A DNA stretch of 64,000 nucleotides from a candidate division FCPU426 bacterium (GCA_963847625.1 CAWKAR010000024.1:78219-142218), one strand, 5' to 3'; counted from the first letter of the stretch, positions 46,839 to 58,170 are shown. The notes: generated from the sequence alone by a model not told the origin. A program made the numbers and translations.

Positions 46839-47567
46839 ATGAAGATTTCCCTGAAAATAATTTTAAGCGTCTTTCTCATTCTGCCAAGCCTGGTAGGCTC
46901 GGTCCGTGCCGGACAGCAAGTTTACCTCTCACAATCCCCTAATAACCGCTACCGGATCATGGTGGAACAGATCATCGACCGCCGGGTCGGGGAAAAGGTG
47001 TTCTTCCGCTATCCCATCAGCCTGGTCAACTCCAAAAATGGGCGCCATTTCGAAATTCAGGAGGCCACAACCCCCTTGGTCCGGGAAACCGAACGCCAAA
47101 CCTTCCAAGTGCATTGGGATTCCATCCATTTCGACTGGGCCAAGGACAGCTTGAAGCTTTTCATACGGCTGGAAATTATTGAGGGCACTTGGCGCACATT
47201 ATTCGTGGACGTGAACAAGGGAACAACGACGGACATCACTGCCGATCTGGAACAATTCATGGTCCAACGGGTCGATTTCCACGATTGGGCCTGCCAGGAA
47301 CCAACCACCGTGCAGGTGGTCCAATGGACCAAACCCTATCTGGCTTTTTTGAAGGTGATAGATATTTGCGGAAAGGACAAGGAAAAGGAAAACAAGACTC
47401 TTTTTTACATGAACGATTCCCTCCTTTTCGACACCCACTTGGGCAAGGCGGTGACTCATTGCGCGGATTGCAAGGATGAAAAAGCCCTGAAAGTATTCGA
47501 GAAGTATTTCCAGTCAACCCAGGCCACACCGACGCCCACCCCCGAGGAAACCCCCGCGGCCCAATAA
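46839..47567 (+). CDS. Hypothetical secreted protein
   Basis: RBS GAGGAG, signal peptide, C-terminal TPTPTP. Confidence 0.65.
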   Translation: MKISLKIILSVFLILPSLVGSVRAGQQVYLSQSPNNRYRIMVEQIIDRRVGEKVFFRYPISLVNSKNGRHFEIQEATTPLVRETERQTFQVHWDSIHFDWAKDSLKLFIRLEIIEGTWRTLFVDVNKGTTTDITADLEQFMVQRVDFHDWACQEPTTVQVVQWTKPYLAFLKVIDICGKDKEKENKTLFYMNDSLLFDTHLGKAVTHCADCKDEKALKVFEKYFQSTQATPTPTPEETPAAQ

Positions 47568-47721
47568 GCCCGGGGGAACCTTCAAATGCGAATATATCCC
47601 TCACACTCGGTATGCATTTGATTGACGTGCATACCTGCCTTTGCCCGATTCGAGATTTCTTCCCATTTATTGCCAACGTTTTAAAATTGGTAAAAATGTT
47701 CCGGCCTCTTAAACTAAAGGC

Positions 47722-49413
47722 ATGAAAATCTTCCAATCCCCCGGCTCTTTCAGCCTTTACCTCGTCTTTGCCCTACTTTTTTCCCTGCAAGTGGTTCCTC
47801 GAATCGGTTGGGATTCCCTCACGCAGGATGAGCCGACTGACATTACCAATGGCTATTATTATTTGACCCGAGGGGATGTAGCAACACCCCACAACCATCC
47901 ACCCTTAGCGGGGGCACTCCAAGCCTGGCCACTGCTTTTCATGCACCTTAAAACCTTTCCTTTCCAAGGAGACGTTATCGACCGCGGACATTATTTTCTT
48001 TTTGATTGGAACCTGGACCGGTTAGAAGCCATCACTTGGGCCAGCCGCTTGATGAGTTGGGCAATAGGCCTGGGTATAGGGTTTTTATTGTGGGCGGTGT
48101 TAAAAGGCAATCCGGGCTGGCTTTTTTGGGCCTTGTTTTTTTGTACATTCGAACCAATTTTTTCCGCCCTATCCGGTTTGGCCAAGAGCGATATCGCCCC
48201 GACTTTTTTCTTTTTCTTCTCGGTCCTGGCTTTCCAAAATGCGGTTCGGAAACCCTTTTGGGGTTTCTCCTTGGCGGCGGGGATCATTTCAGCCATGGCC
48301 GTCACTTGTAAATTTTACTGTCTGGTTTTGATCCCGCTTTTCGCGGCCCTGGAATTTTTCAATGAAAGGGAACATCTCAAACCGCAGCAAATAACCTGGA
48401 AAAATCTACGGCAAATCCGACGCCGCTGGATCATTGGGCTGGCGGGCTTCTTTTTGTGGATTCTTGTGCTTTATCTGCCAGGAACCCTGTTCCAGCCGGA
48501 TCATCGCTGGCCTTTCGCCTATTTCATCGACAAATTCAAGGAGGACCTTGTTTTCGCTGGCTCTTCCCATGTGGTTTTTTTCCTGGGTCACACCGGACTG
48601 CAAAGTCATTGGTATTATTTCCCTGTCGCTTTCGTATTGAAGGAACCCCTTCCATTCCTGTTCCTTTTGGCCGTTTGCGTTTATTTGCAAATAACCGGAA
48701 GAATCGTCCTATCGGCCTGGCAATGGGTTTCCCCTCTGTTTTTTGCCCTGGCGGTTTTGCCTGCTCCGAACTTGGGGGTGAGATATCTTTTGCCGGCTTT
48801 ACCATTTCTCTTCTTGATGGGGGGCAAAACCGCTTCCGCCCTATGGCAATCGGCAAAAGGCCAAAACGCCAAAGCAGGGAAACTATTAGTTGGGGGTTTG
48901 GCGCTTTGGCAGGTAACCAGCGTTTTGTTAAGCTTCCCGGGCGCGATCGGTTACTTCAATGACCTGGTTCCGGATGGAAAAAAAATATCCCTACTCGGCG
49001 ATTCCAACCTGGATTGGGGGCAGGATTTAAAAAGGCTCGCCGCCGTGGCTGGAGCCCGGAAATGGAAAAGGGTTAAATTAGCGTATTTAGGAAGCGTCGA
49101 CCCGAAAGTGTACGGCCTCGACTGGGAACCCTGGTCGCCGGCGGATTTGAAAGGGCCCCTAGCGGGAACAGTTTACGCCGTGAACTCGGGGTTCCTGCAA
49201 TTGGCCCCGTTGAGCTATCCAACCACGCGGGCAATTGCCGAAAGCTGGATCCGCCAGGCAACACTTTCCGGGAAAGTGGGGGATAGTTGGTATTTCTTTG
49301 AGGTGCCCGGCCAGCTCTCAAAAGATAAGGAGAAAAACTTTCTACCCTCTGCGCCTTTTTTACAGTACAGGGGTTATGTCCCCTATCCTCCGTCGGGCCC
49401 GGCGGTTCAGTAA
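47722..49413 (+). CDS. GT-C fold membrane glycosyltransferase (ArnT/PMT-like)
   Basis: TQDEP, HPP, GVRYLLP, DSNLDWGQD; paralog of 4980. Confidence 0.75.
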   Translation: MKIFQSPGSFSLYLVFALLFSLQVVPRIGWDSLTQDEPTDITNGYYYLTRGDVATPHNHPPLAGALQAWPLLFMHLKTFPFQGDVIDRGHYFLFDWNLDRLEAITWASRLMSWAIGLGIGFLLWAVLKGNPGWLFWALFFCTFEPIFSALSGLAKSDIAPTFFFFFSVLAFQNAVRKPFWGFSLAAGIISAMAVTCKFYCLVLIPLFAALEFFNEREHLKPQQITWKNLRQIRRRWIIGLAGFFLWILVLYLPGTLFQPDHRWPFAYFIDKFKEDLVFAGSSHVVFFLGHTGLQSHWYYFPVAFVLKEPLPFLFLLAVCVYLQITGRIVLSAWQWVSPLFFALAVLPAPNLGVRYLLPALPFLFLMGGKTASALWQSAKGQNAKAGKLLVGGLALWQVTSVLLSFPGAIGYFNDLVPDGKKISLLGDSNLDWGQDLKRLAAVAGARKWKRVKLAYLGSVDPKVYGLDWEPWSPADLKGPLAGTVYAVNSGFLQLAPLSYPTTRAIAESWIRQATLSGKVGDSWYFFEVPGQLSKDKEKNFLPSAPFLQYRGYVPYPPSGPAVQ

Positions 49414-50522
49414 CCTCTTTATTGATTCTCGAGGATCAAATCGGCCAAGACGAACCCATGGTTAAAATAATCCGTAGAAGGTTTCCGATTTGAGATAATG
49501 GGAATGGGCGTACTCGAAAAGGGATATTCGCCCTTTGACTGCATTATTGGGATTTGGCGTCAAGTATCCATGTTTTTGATTAAATAAAATCTTCGAAGTT
49601 CCAGGAGAAGGATTCATGCCCATTTTTGACCTGCCGTTAAAACGGCTTAAAACCTACAAGGGGACAAATCCCAAACCCAAGGATTTTGAAAGCTATTGGG
49701 ACCGGGCTTTGAAGGAAATGAAATCCATTGATCCCCGAGTGGAGTTATCGCCCAACAAAACCATTAAGGCCGGCTTCGCTGAGTGTTTCGACATGTATTG
49801 GAATGGAGTAGGAGGAGCCCGCATTCACGCCAAGTTGTTAAGACCGAAAAAAGTGCCACGGCTCCAACCCGCCATTTGCCTGTTCCACGGTTACAGTGTT
49901 TCTTCGGGCAATTGGACCGACAAATTGGGCTATGTGGCATCGGGTTTCACAGTGGCGGCATTGGATTGCCGCGGCCAGGGCGGTTCTTCCGAGGATAAGG
50001 GAGGAGTGAAGGGCACCACCCTCCGCGGGCAATTCATCCGGGGATTGGACGACAAACCCGAAAACCTTCTTTTCCGGCAAATATTCCTGGATACGGCCCA
50101 AATGGCCCGGATCGTCATGGCCTTGCCGGGAGTGGACTCCAAACGGGTCGGAGCCATGGGGGGCAGTCAGGGAGGGGGCCTGACATTGGCCTGCGCGGCT
50201 TTGGTACCCGGCATCCGGCGAATCGCGCCCGTTCACCCTTTTCTGTCCGATTACAAGCGGGTATGGGAACTGGATTTGGCCAAGGATGCCTACGAAGAAC
50301 TTCGTTACTACTTCCGCCAATTCGATCCGAACCATGAGCGGGAAAAGGAAGTGTTCCTGCGCTTGGGATACATCGACGTCCATCATTTGGCGCCCCGGAT
50401 CAAGGCCGAAACCCTGATGGCTGTCACCCTGATGGATTCAGTTTGTCCCCCCTCCACCCAATTCGCGGCTTATAACAACATCCGGTCAAAAAAAAGTATG
50501 GTTCTTTATCCCGATTATGGCC

Positions 50523-51577
50523 GCCGAATTCACGGAGTAAGTGCAACACTTCGCCGGAAGACTTCCGCCGGAGTTTTAAAGCCCAAACATTTCCTGGGCC
50601 TGTTATTGAGCCATCTTTCTATGGTCCTGAATTCTTTGAAGGACACTTTAGCAAGATCAGTCTTTTTAGGCAAATGGCGGCGGACAAGACCGATAGTATT
50701 TTCCACCGTACCTTTTTCCCAACTGTGGAAAGGGGCGCAGAAAAAGGATTTTGTACCAAGCACGTGGTTGGTTTCCAAGTGGTTGGTGTTTTCGGTTCCG
50801 TTGTCATAGGTCAGACTCAGGCGGGCGTCTTGAGGGAAGCGGCATAAAGCGCGGTTGAGGCTATGACTCATTTGGCGAGCGGTCTTTCGTTTGAGCTTTC
50901 CCAACTTGGAAAAACGGCTTTGACGCTCGACGAGAGCCCGCATAGCAACTTTACTCTGACGAGAGACCATGGTGTCGGTTTCCCAATGGCCGAATTGCTT
51001 GCGTTGATTGGCGATCTCGGAGCGCTTATCGATGGAAACACGGCCTGGGATATGGTTTTTGGCGTGCTTACGGCTATGGCCAAATGAGAATCGTCGCCGG
51101 TGGTGTCGAACTAGGCAAGGAATCAGCTCAGTGGCTTCAGCATAAACCCACTGATAGATAGCTTCAGGACCAATGGTTTGCTTAGGCCGTAGGTGACCTA
51201 ATCGACCTGAAATGAGTTCTGGAGACCAGCCTCGTTTCAATTGACGACGGACGTAGGCACGAATTCGTTTTGTTTTCAGGCGTAAACGGCGTGCTCGTTG
51301 TTGGTTGCGGTCAACATACCGTTGATGGGCTCGATGAGAAAGATAATAACCAGAACGGATAGGGGGAGCATTGCGCTTGAGTTCCCTGGAGAGGGTGGAA
51401 GGAGACCTCTTCAAGGCGCGTGAAATTGCTCGAAGGCTAAGACCCTTTCCTTTCAAGACGGATAAATGATCTCTTTCTTCAACGCTTAAATGCTTGTATT
51501 TCTTTTTCATAGCCGCATATCCTATTCATGCGGCCTTCTTCAGACACTAAGTGTTGCACTTACTTATGGAACTCGGG
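50523..51577 (-). mobile_element. IS30 family insertion sequence
   Basis: Imperfect ~29-bp IRs sharing AGTAAGTGCAACACTT; GCC duplicated at 50520 and 51578. Confidence 0.9.
50530..51510 (-). CDS. IS30 family transposase
   Basis: HTH_38 (RSPSTLSRELKRN), WSPELISG, GHWETDT, TYDNGTE, WEKGTVEN, LNNRPRKCLGFKTP. Confidence 0.96.
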   Translation of the reverse strand: MKKKYKHLSVEERDHLSVLKGKGLSLRAISRALKRSPSTLSRELKRNAPPIRSGYYLSHRAHQRYVDRNQQRARRLRLKTKRIRAYVRRQLKRGWSPELISGRLGHLRPKQTIGPEAIYQWVYAEATELIPCLVRHHRRRFSFGHSRKHAKNHIPGRVSIDKRSEIANQRKQFGHWETDTMVSRQSKVAMRALVERQSRFSKLGKLKRKTARQMSHSLNRALCRFPQDARLSLTYDNGTENTNHLETNHVLGTKSFFCAPFHSWEKGTVENTIGLVRRHLPKKTDLAKVSFKEFRTIERWLNNRPRKCLGFKTPAEVFRRSVALTP

Positions 51578-51619
51578 GCCACGAATACCTGCCGAATTTC
51601 GACGACAAGGTTTTCGAGT

Positions 51620-51838
51620 TTATGCGGGGGATGTAGGTACTGCAGCATCGGGTTTTTGGAATTCGGGCGGAAGCAGGACTACCGCGGATTGATCCCAAAT
51701 CTCTAGGCCGTCCTTCTCGGTGGAGACGACAAAACCGTGGAATTCGCCGCTTGCGCCCTTGAATAGCTGGGACATAAGGGTCCCGACCTTATTGGTCTTG
51801 AAGTTCCCGACACGATGGTCAACGGCGAATTGAAACAT
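51620..51838 (-). CDS. Small hypothetical protein
   Basis: RBS GGAGG before MFQFAVDH; 72 aa. Confidence 0.45.
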   Translation of the reverse strand: MFQFAVDHRVGNFKTNKVGTLMSQLFKGASGEFHGFVVSTEKDGLEIWDQSAVVLLPPEFQKPDAAVPTSPA

Positions 51839-51922
51839 GGAAAACCTCCGTCCGATTAAGGAAAATAACATCTTTTATCGGATTGATCATAACAAGTAAT
51901 GAAAACCTAGAATACCCTTAAT

Positions 51923-52591
51923 TTGAAAAACGATAAGGGAGGGCCCTTGTTCCAAGAAAATTATTGGGAAAGAAAATCCCTAGACGACCGCAGGCCACCG
52001 GATCATCCCGTGATCCGGCAATACGTCCTTCCGAAAATTGAGTTGGTCCGGAAACACATTCCGCTGGAAAAAAAGAACAAACTTTTAGACTTGGGCTGCG
52101 GGAACGGTTTTTTTTCCCTTTATTTTGACAGCCTTTGCGACACGGTAGGAGTGGATTTCTCGGAAAAGATGCTGGCGAAAAATCCAATCGCCTGGAAAAT
52201 CCTCATGGATGCCAACCACCTGGCCTTCCAGGACTTCGCTTTTGACGTGGTGTTTTGCCACGCCCTCTTGCACCACGTGGAGGACCCGGGCCGGGTAATT
52301 TCCGAAATGAGGCGTGTTTCCCGGAAGTATGTCGTGGTGATGGAACCCAATCGCAATAATCCCCTCATGTTCCTTTTCTCGGCGTTCGTTCCCCAGGAGC
52401 GAAAGGCCCTGGATTTTTCACTGGCCAACCTGAAGCGGATGCTGGAGGCCCAACAGCTCAAGGTCACGTGGGCGACCTCCCAAGGCCTGACCGTTCCCAA
52501 CAAGATGCCAGCGCTTTTACTGCCTTTGGTGAAATGGTTCGATTTCCCACAACCCTTCGGAATGACCAACATCCTCATCGCGGAACGGTGA
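51923..52591 (+). CDS. Class I SAM-dependent methyltransferase
   Basis: LLDLGCGNG, GVDFS, FDVVFCHALLHHV. Confidence 0.88.
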   Translation: MKNDKGGPLFQENYWERKSLDDRRPPDHPVIRQYVLPKIELVRKHIPLEKKNKLLDLGCGNGFFSLYFDSLCDTVGVDFSEKMLAKNPIAWKILMDANHLAFQDFAFDVVFCHALLHHVEDPGRVISEMRRVSRKYVVVMEPNRNNPLMFLFSAFVPQERKALDFSLANLKRMLEAQQLKVTWATSQGLTVPNKMPALLLPLVKWFDFPQPFGMTNILIAER

Positions 52592-52727
52592 CGCGCAAAG
52601 ACAGACGTGGGGACACTTTAATCTGGTGTTTAAAGGTTTTAGATTGATTAAAATTAACGCCCAGCTTACTTTTGATTAGACAATAAAAATCTTGTAGTTG
52701 GTTTGGGCGGATTTAATTGAGGAATGA

Positions 52728-53525
52728 ATGTTCAAGAAACATGACGAAAGAACCCTGGCGTTGGACGTTGAAAACATCACCCTGGCCTTCGGCGGGCTAG
52801 TGGCGGTGGATGACTTTTCCCTGGTTCTCCACCAGGGGGAATTGGCGGGATTGATCGGCCCCAATGGCGCGGGCAAAACAACTGTTTTTAACATTCTCTC
52901 CGGAATCTATAAACCCCAGGAAGGCGATGTCCGGGTTTTCGGGAAGGCGGTCCTGGGGTTGAAACCCCACCAGATCACACATTTAGGCCTCGTCCGGACT
53001 TTCCAAAACATCCGCCTGTTCATGGGCCTCACGGTGGAGACCAACATCAAAGTGGCCTTCCACCATTCCCAACCCTACGGGGTCGGCTCGGCCTTGGCAA
53101 AAACTGCCCGTTTCGAAGAGGCCGAAAAAAGGTTCGACGCCGAGACTGAACGATTGATGGATGTAATGGAACTGACCCCCCGGAAGGGTTATTTGGCCTC
53201 CGCGTTGCCTTACGGGGACCAAAAAAAACTGGAAATCGCAAGGGCTTTGGCAACTGGCGCGAAGATTCTCCTTCTGGACGAGCCCGCGGCCGGCATGAAT
53301 CCCCAGGAAACCCAATGGTTAATGGGGGTCATCCAACGTTTGCGCACGGATTTCCAGCTTACGATTCTCTTGATTGAGCATGATATGAAAGTCATCATGG
53401 GCATTTGTGAGAAAATTCATGTCATGGACCATGGAGTGAAGATCGCCGAAGGGTCAGCCCAGGAAGTCCAGGAAGACCCGAAGGTCATTGAAGCGTACCT
53501 GGGAATGAAAAAAAAACAGGGGTGA
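52728..53525 (+). CDS. livG: Branched-chain amino acid ABC transporter ATPase
   Basis: GPNGAGKTT, RTFQNIRLF, LPYGDQKKLEIARAL, LLDEPAAGMN, IEHDM. Confidence 0.92.
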   Translation: MFKKHDERTLALDVENITLAFGGLVAVDDFSLVLHQGELAGLIGPNGAGKTTVFNILSGIYKPQEGDVRVFGKAVLGLKPHQITHLGLVRTFQNIRLFMGLTVETNIKVAFHHSQPYGVGSALAKTARFEEAEKRFDAETERLMDVMELTPRKGYLASALPYGDQKKLEIARALATGAKILLLDEPAAGMNPQETQWLMGVIQRLRTDFQLTILLIEHDMKVIMGICEKIHVMDHGVKIAEGSAQEVQEDPKVIEAYLGMKKKQG

Positions 53526-54250
53526 AAAACTTGCTGGAAATAGCCGGGCTTTCGGTTTTTTACGATTCGATCCAAGCCTTGAGGAATGTCAGTTTGAAAG
53601 TGCCGAAAGGCTCCATTGTCTGCATGATCGGGGCCAATGGCGCGGGGAAATCCACGGTACTGCGGGCTATTTCCGGGCTCAAGCGGCCGGCCAGCGGAGA
53701 AATTTTGTTCAACGGACAGGTCCTAACCGGCTTGGAGCCCCATCAACTTGTCCGAATGGGAATCGTCCAATGTCCCGAGGGCCGGGGGGTTTTCCCCAAC
53801 CTCACAGTGGGTGAAAACCTGGACTTGGGCGCCTATGTCCGCGACGATGACACCCAGATCCGGAAGGATCTGGCCCATGTTTATTCCCTTTTCCCCCGGC
53901 TTCAGGAGCGGCATAAGCAGATGGCCGGAACCTTGTCGGGCGGGGAACAGCAAATGCTGGCAATCGGCCGGGCCCTCATGGCCCGGCCCCAATTGCTGCT
54001 CTTGGACGAACCCTCCTTGGGTCTTGCGCCCCAAGTCACAGAACTGATTTTCGAGACGATCGAAAAAATTAACGGGGAAGGAACCACCATTCTCCTCGTG
54101 GAGCAAAACGCACAGTTAGCCCTGGAAGCGGCATCCTATGCCTATGTCCTGGAAACGGGGAATCTCATCCTGGAGGGGGAAGCCGGGAAGGTTTTGGAAA
54201 ACCCGAAAGTAAAACAGGCTTATCTGGGGGAAACCGCCTTGAAGGATTAA
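53522..54250 (+). CDS. livF: Branched-chain amino acid ABC transporter ATPase
   Basis: GANGAGKST, PEGRGVF, LSGGEQQMLAIGRALM, DEPSLGLAP, VEQNA. Confidence 0.92.
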   Translation: MKNLLEIAGLSVFYDSIQALRNVSLKVPKGSIVCMIGANGAGKSTVLRAISGLKRPASGEILFNGQVLTGLEPHQLVRMGIVQCPEGRGVFPNLTVGENLDLGAYVRDDDTQIRKDLAHVYSLFPRLQERHKQMAGTLSGGEQQMLAIGRALMARPQLLLLDEPSLGLAPQVTELIFETIEKINGEGTTILLVEQNAQLALEAASYAYVLETGNLILEGEAGKVLENPKVKQAYLGETALKD

Positions 54251-54454
54251 CCCTGGTTGCGCTTTTTAAAAGAAAAGCGGAAAAATGGTTCGGATAGACC
54301 CTATCTTTTTTATTTTCTACACGTTCCAGATGTAGCGTTATAATCTTCTTGTCAGCGGGTTAACGGCGGGGTTCCAAGTAAAGAGGGGAACCTTTCCCAA
54401 TTTTTTTTAAAAGGTGAATGATATGGCGAAAAAAAGATATTTTGGATTTTATCG

Positions 54455-54847
54455 GTGATGATCTTGGGAGCTTCAGGCACGGCATGGGCCCAAAACTATC
54501 ATTACAAGGATTATATGCGGTTGGCGACAAGGGCTTATGAGAGCAAAAAATATGATATGGCGCTCGAATATTACCAGGCGGCCGCGGATGACAAGGAAGA
54601 CTATTGGCAGGCTTACCAAGGTTTAGGGACCTGCTATTACCTGAAGGGGAAGAAAAAGGAATGCCTCGCGGCATTTGAAAAAGCCTACCAATTGAATCCG
54701 GAGAATGCCGCCCTGCTTCAGTTTATCCAAGCCTTGAGAAGGGTTCTGGGAATGTTACCGCTTGTCATTCCCACTCCGACACCGGTGGTGAATTCCATGC
54801 CAGTGCCCGTCGAGAACGCCCCTCCTCCCGGACAAACAATCCATTAA
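54455..54847 (+). CDS. TPR-repeat secreted protein
   Basis: AYQGLGTCYY..AFEKAYQLNPEN; start uncertain. Confidence 0.7.
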   Translation: MMILGASGTAWAQNYHYKDYMRLATRAYESKKYDMALEYYQAAADDKEDYWQAYQGLGTCYYLKGKKKECLAAFEKAYQLNPENAALLQFIQALRRVLGMLPLVIPTPTPVVNSMPVPVENAPPPGQTIH

Positions 54848-54883
54848 AAGGTTGAGCCCCGTTTTTTTAGGAGGGGGAACTAG

Positions 54884-55747
54884 ATGTGTTTTTTGAATAA
54901 AGGTCCGGTCCTGGCCTTGGTTCTCCTGGCTGCGGCTGGCTCAGGTTTGGCCCAGGATTTATCCTCCCGCTACTTAGCCGCTGCTAACCAGGCATATCTT
55001 GCAAAAAATTACGACCAGGCGATTCTTTATTACCAGGCGGTCGTAAAGTTAAATCCCAATTCTGCTGTCGCCGACCAGGGCCTTGGCAATAGTTATTACG
55101 TGGAGCGCCGCTACCCGGAAGCTTTGTCGGCTTATGAGGCCGCCCTCGAATTGGACCCCAACAACGCGCAATTGTCCCGCTTGATCCAGGCCTTAAAGAC
55201 GAATTCGGCGTCACCTGCTCCCACGGCGGCCTCAACTACCCAGCCGATCGGGCCGGTAGTGGATCTGTCCCATCCCGCTCCGCTAAAGCCTGAAGGACAC
55301 CGTTATATGGGAATCGGGGGCGGCACGGAAATGCCCTCCCAAGGCTGCACCTTCCAATCTGGATATGGAATCGAGTTTTACGTGGGTTACGCGGACGCGG
55401 GGAACCTGTCCCTTCTCATTTCAGTAGCGGGATACGAATTTCCGTTGAAAGGCTCCTCCCTGAGCCGCGATGAGGTCGAAATCGTGCCGGGGGTGAGATA
55501 CGCCCTTTCCGGAAAGATTAAACCCTACCTTTGCGCGGGCCTGGGGATGGATTTCGATATCAGCAATTACACGGGGGGTTCCTCGACGCAAACCAATTTC
55601 ATGGTCCAGGGCGGGGTGGGTTTGGAATTCGAGTTCTCAAAAGGAACTAGCTTTTTTATCGAAGGAAAATACTCGGAAGTGTTTGCTCAATCCGCTTTCG
55701 CTTATATACCCCTCAACGCGGGCCTGCATTTCGACATAGGGTCTTAG
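54884..55747 (+). CDS. TPR plus C-terminal outer-membrane beta-barrel protein
   Basis: Signal peptide, TPRs (LNPN, LDPNN), PYLCAGLG, GGVGLEF, FIEGKY. Confidence 0.75.
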   Translation: MCFLNKGPVLALVLLAAAGSGLAQDLSSRYLAAANQAYLAKNYDQAILYYQAVVKLNPNSAVADQGLGNSYYVERRYPEALSAYEAALELDPNNAQLSRLIQALKTNSASPAPTAASTTQPIGPVVDLSHPAPLKPEGHRYMGIGGGTEMPSQGCTFQSGYGIEFYVGYADAGNLSLLISVAGYEFPLKGSSLSRDEVEIVPGVRYALSGKIKPYLCAGLGMDFDISNYTGGSSTQTNFMVQGGVGLEFEFSKGTSFFIEGKYSEVFAQSAFAYIPLNAGLHFDIGS

Positions 55748-55835
55748 CCTCAAGAAGAGGCTTCAGCCCATTGACTCGTTGTCCGGAAATCCATCCAGCG
55801 CCAATAGATGAAAGATTAACCGCGTGAGATCAGCG

Positions 55836-56975
55836 TTAAAAGCCGTAAAGTCCACCGAATTTTTTTCCCAAATAATCCAGGAAGTAATACGAGTTTAATT
55901 CCATCCCAGTTGCGGCCTGGCAAAGTTCCCGGGCCTTGTACCGCTGGCCCTGGGAATGGATTTTCTCGTTCAGCCACTTTCGCAAGGGGGTGAAATCCCC
56001 CCGCTCAAACAGGCCATTGAACCCCCCCCATTCCCGCTCGGCCGCCTGGAAGAATTGGGCCGCGTACAGATTACCGAGGGTGTAAGTGGGGAAGTAGCCG
56101 AAGCTCCCATGGCTCCAATGCACGTCCTGGAGGCATCCCAAGGCGTCATTCGGAGGAAGAATGCCCAGGTATTTTTTCATCGCGGCATTCCACGCATCCG
56201 GGATGTCGCTTGTTTTCATTTTCTCGCCGATCAAAGCCACCTCGATATCGTATCGCAGGCAGATATGCAGGTTATAAGTCACCTCGTCCGACTCGGTGCG
56301 GATCAACGTGGGGGACGAATGGTTGATGGCGAAGTAGAACCCTTCCAGCGAGTCCCGGTCGAACATCCCCGGGAAGGTTTTCCTTAATTCCGGGAAGAAA
56401 TGCTTCCAGAAAGCCAGACTCCGGCCCACCAGGTTTTCCCAAAGCCGGGACTGGGACTCGTGGATGCCCAGGGAAACCGCCGAAGCCCGGGGAGTGCCGT
56501 ACAGATCCATGGAAGAAGGCAATCCCTGGTCGTAGAGGCCGTGCCCGGCCTCGTGCAGGGTGCTGAAAAAGGAATTCTCAAAGTTCGTTTCCTCGAAGCG
56601 CGTGGTGATCCGCGTGTCCCCGGGCCCCAGGCCGGTGGTGAAAGGGTGCGCGGACAAGTCGATGCGGCCCCGGTTGAAATCAAAACCGATGGACTCGGCC
56701 AATTTCCGGCAGAAAACCTGCTGGGCCTCGATGGGGCAGGGCTTTTTCAGGATGTTGAGGTCGGGTTTTCGTTTGGCAGCGGTGATCCTGCCGACCAGCC
56801 CGGATAGTTTTTCCTTGAGGGCCGGGAAAAGCCCGTTCAACTGGGAAGTGGTCAAGCCCGGCTCGTAATCCTCCAACAGGGCGTCATAGGGATGGGCCTC
56901 GTAACCGTAACACTCCGCCTGTTGCCGGACCAACCCGATGATTTTTTCAAGCCAAGGTTCGAAACGGGAAAAGTC
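55836..56975 (-). pseudogene. Carboxypeptidase Taq (M32), N-terminally truncated by IS3
   Basis: HPF, DTRITTR, HEAGH, HESQS, IRTESDE, LQDVHWS, YFPTY; about 380 codons and homology stops at the IS3 end. Confidence 0.85.
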
Positions 56976-58170
56976 TGACCTTTCCCCCGAAAACTGATCC
57001 AAAAATATGTTAGTTTTGGATTATAGATCGGGAGGGGAAAGATGGCAAAGAAACGGTTTTTATCTGAGCAGATAGTGGCTATTCTCCGCGAGGCGGAGAA
57101 AGCTCCCGCCGTTGAGGAAGTTCTCCGAAAGCATGGCATTTCCGAGCAGACTTACTACCGCTGGAAACGCATGTACGGAAGCCTTGGAGTTTCCGAAGTC
57201 CACCGCATCAAACAGCTGGAAGAAGAAAACCGGAAACTCAAGCAGTTAGCGGGTGATCAGGCCCTGGCTATTCAGGTTCTCCAAGAGCACATAAAAAAAA
57301 GGGGTATTGATCGAGGAGCAAAAAGGCATGGTGGAAGCCCTGAAGGCTCAGGAAGTACCGGAAAGACGAGCCTGTGATGTTCTTGGGGTAAATCGATCGA
57401 GTTTTCGATATGAGGCCCAGCCAGAAGATCCGTTGAACCAGGTGATCCTGCAGGAAATGGTTAAGTTAGCGCAAAGAAACCGACGTTTCGGAAGCCCTCG
57501 GATGTTGTGGATGTTGGAACGCAGAGGCCTTGATGTGAATCACAAGCGGGTGGAGAGGCTCTACCAGGTAGCAGGGCTTCAATTACCGCGCAGGAGACCC
57601 AGGAAGAAGAGGGTTCCGACGGAATGGAGAAGGCCCCACCCGGCTTTGGGTTCCAACGAGGTGTGGACGATGGACTTCGTGCATGACCTGACATGGTTCG
57701 GGGGAAAGGTGAAGTTTTTGACGGTGTTGGATGAAGGATTTAGGGAATGCTTGGAGATCCGGGCGGAGAAGCGAATGAGAAGCCGGGACGTGCTGGAGAC
57801 GCTGGACGAGTTGATGACGGAGTACGGGACACCAAAGTGCCTGCGGGTGGACAACGGGCCAGAGTTCGTGGCGAAAGAACTGAGGAACTGGCTTGAGGAG
57901 AAGGGCGTAGAGGTGCTATATATCGAACCAGGGAGTCCATGGCAGAATGGATTCATCGAAAGTTTCAACGGAAAGTTTAGGGATGAGTGCCTGAACCAAG
58001 AAATTTTTCTTTCAAAAGCGGAGGCCCAGGTAGTCGTGGATTGGTGGAGGCAGGTGTATAACTGGCAGAGACCGCACAGCAGTTTGGGGGGAAAAACCCC
58101 AATGGAAGCAAAGGCCGAAAAGTTGGGCCTTAACTAACTTAAATTTGGATCAAACATTGGGGGAAGGTCA
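56976..58170 (+). mobile_element. IS3 family (IS407-like) insertion sequence
   Basis: TG..CA termini; IRs TGACCTTTCCCCCGAAAACTGATCCAAA / TTTGGATCAAACATTGGGGGAAGGTCA; no perfect target duplication. Confidence 0.9.
57042..58137 (+). CDS. IS3 transposase OrfA/OrfB, probable programmed frameshift
   Basis: OrfA HGISEQTYYRWKR; slippery A8G4 at 57293..57304; OrfB WTMDF, DNGPEF, PWQNGFIESFNGKFRDECLN. Confidence 0.92.

Larger units (their letters stand above)
49616..51636 (+). pseudogene. Acetylxylan esterase / cephalosporin-C deacetylase (AXE1, CE7) interrupted by IS30
   Basis: RGQ, GGSQGG, MDSVCPPSTQFAAYN; reads ..YPDYG | IS30 | HEYLPNFDDKVFEFMRGM* (51580..51636). Confidence 0.9.

Noticed and set aside
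56976..57002. Native start of the M32 peptidase
   Set aside because: These codons lie inside the IS3 inverted repeat.
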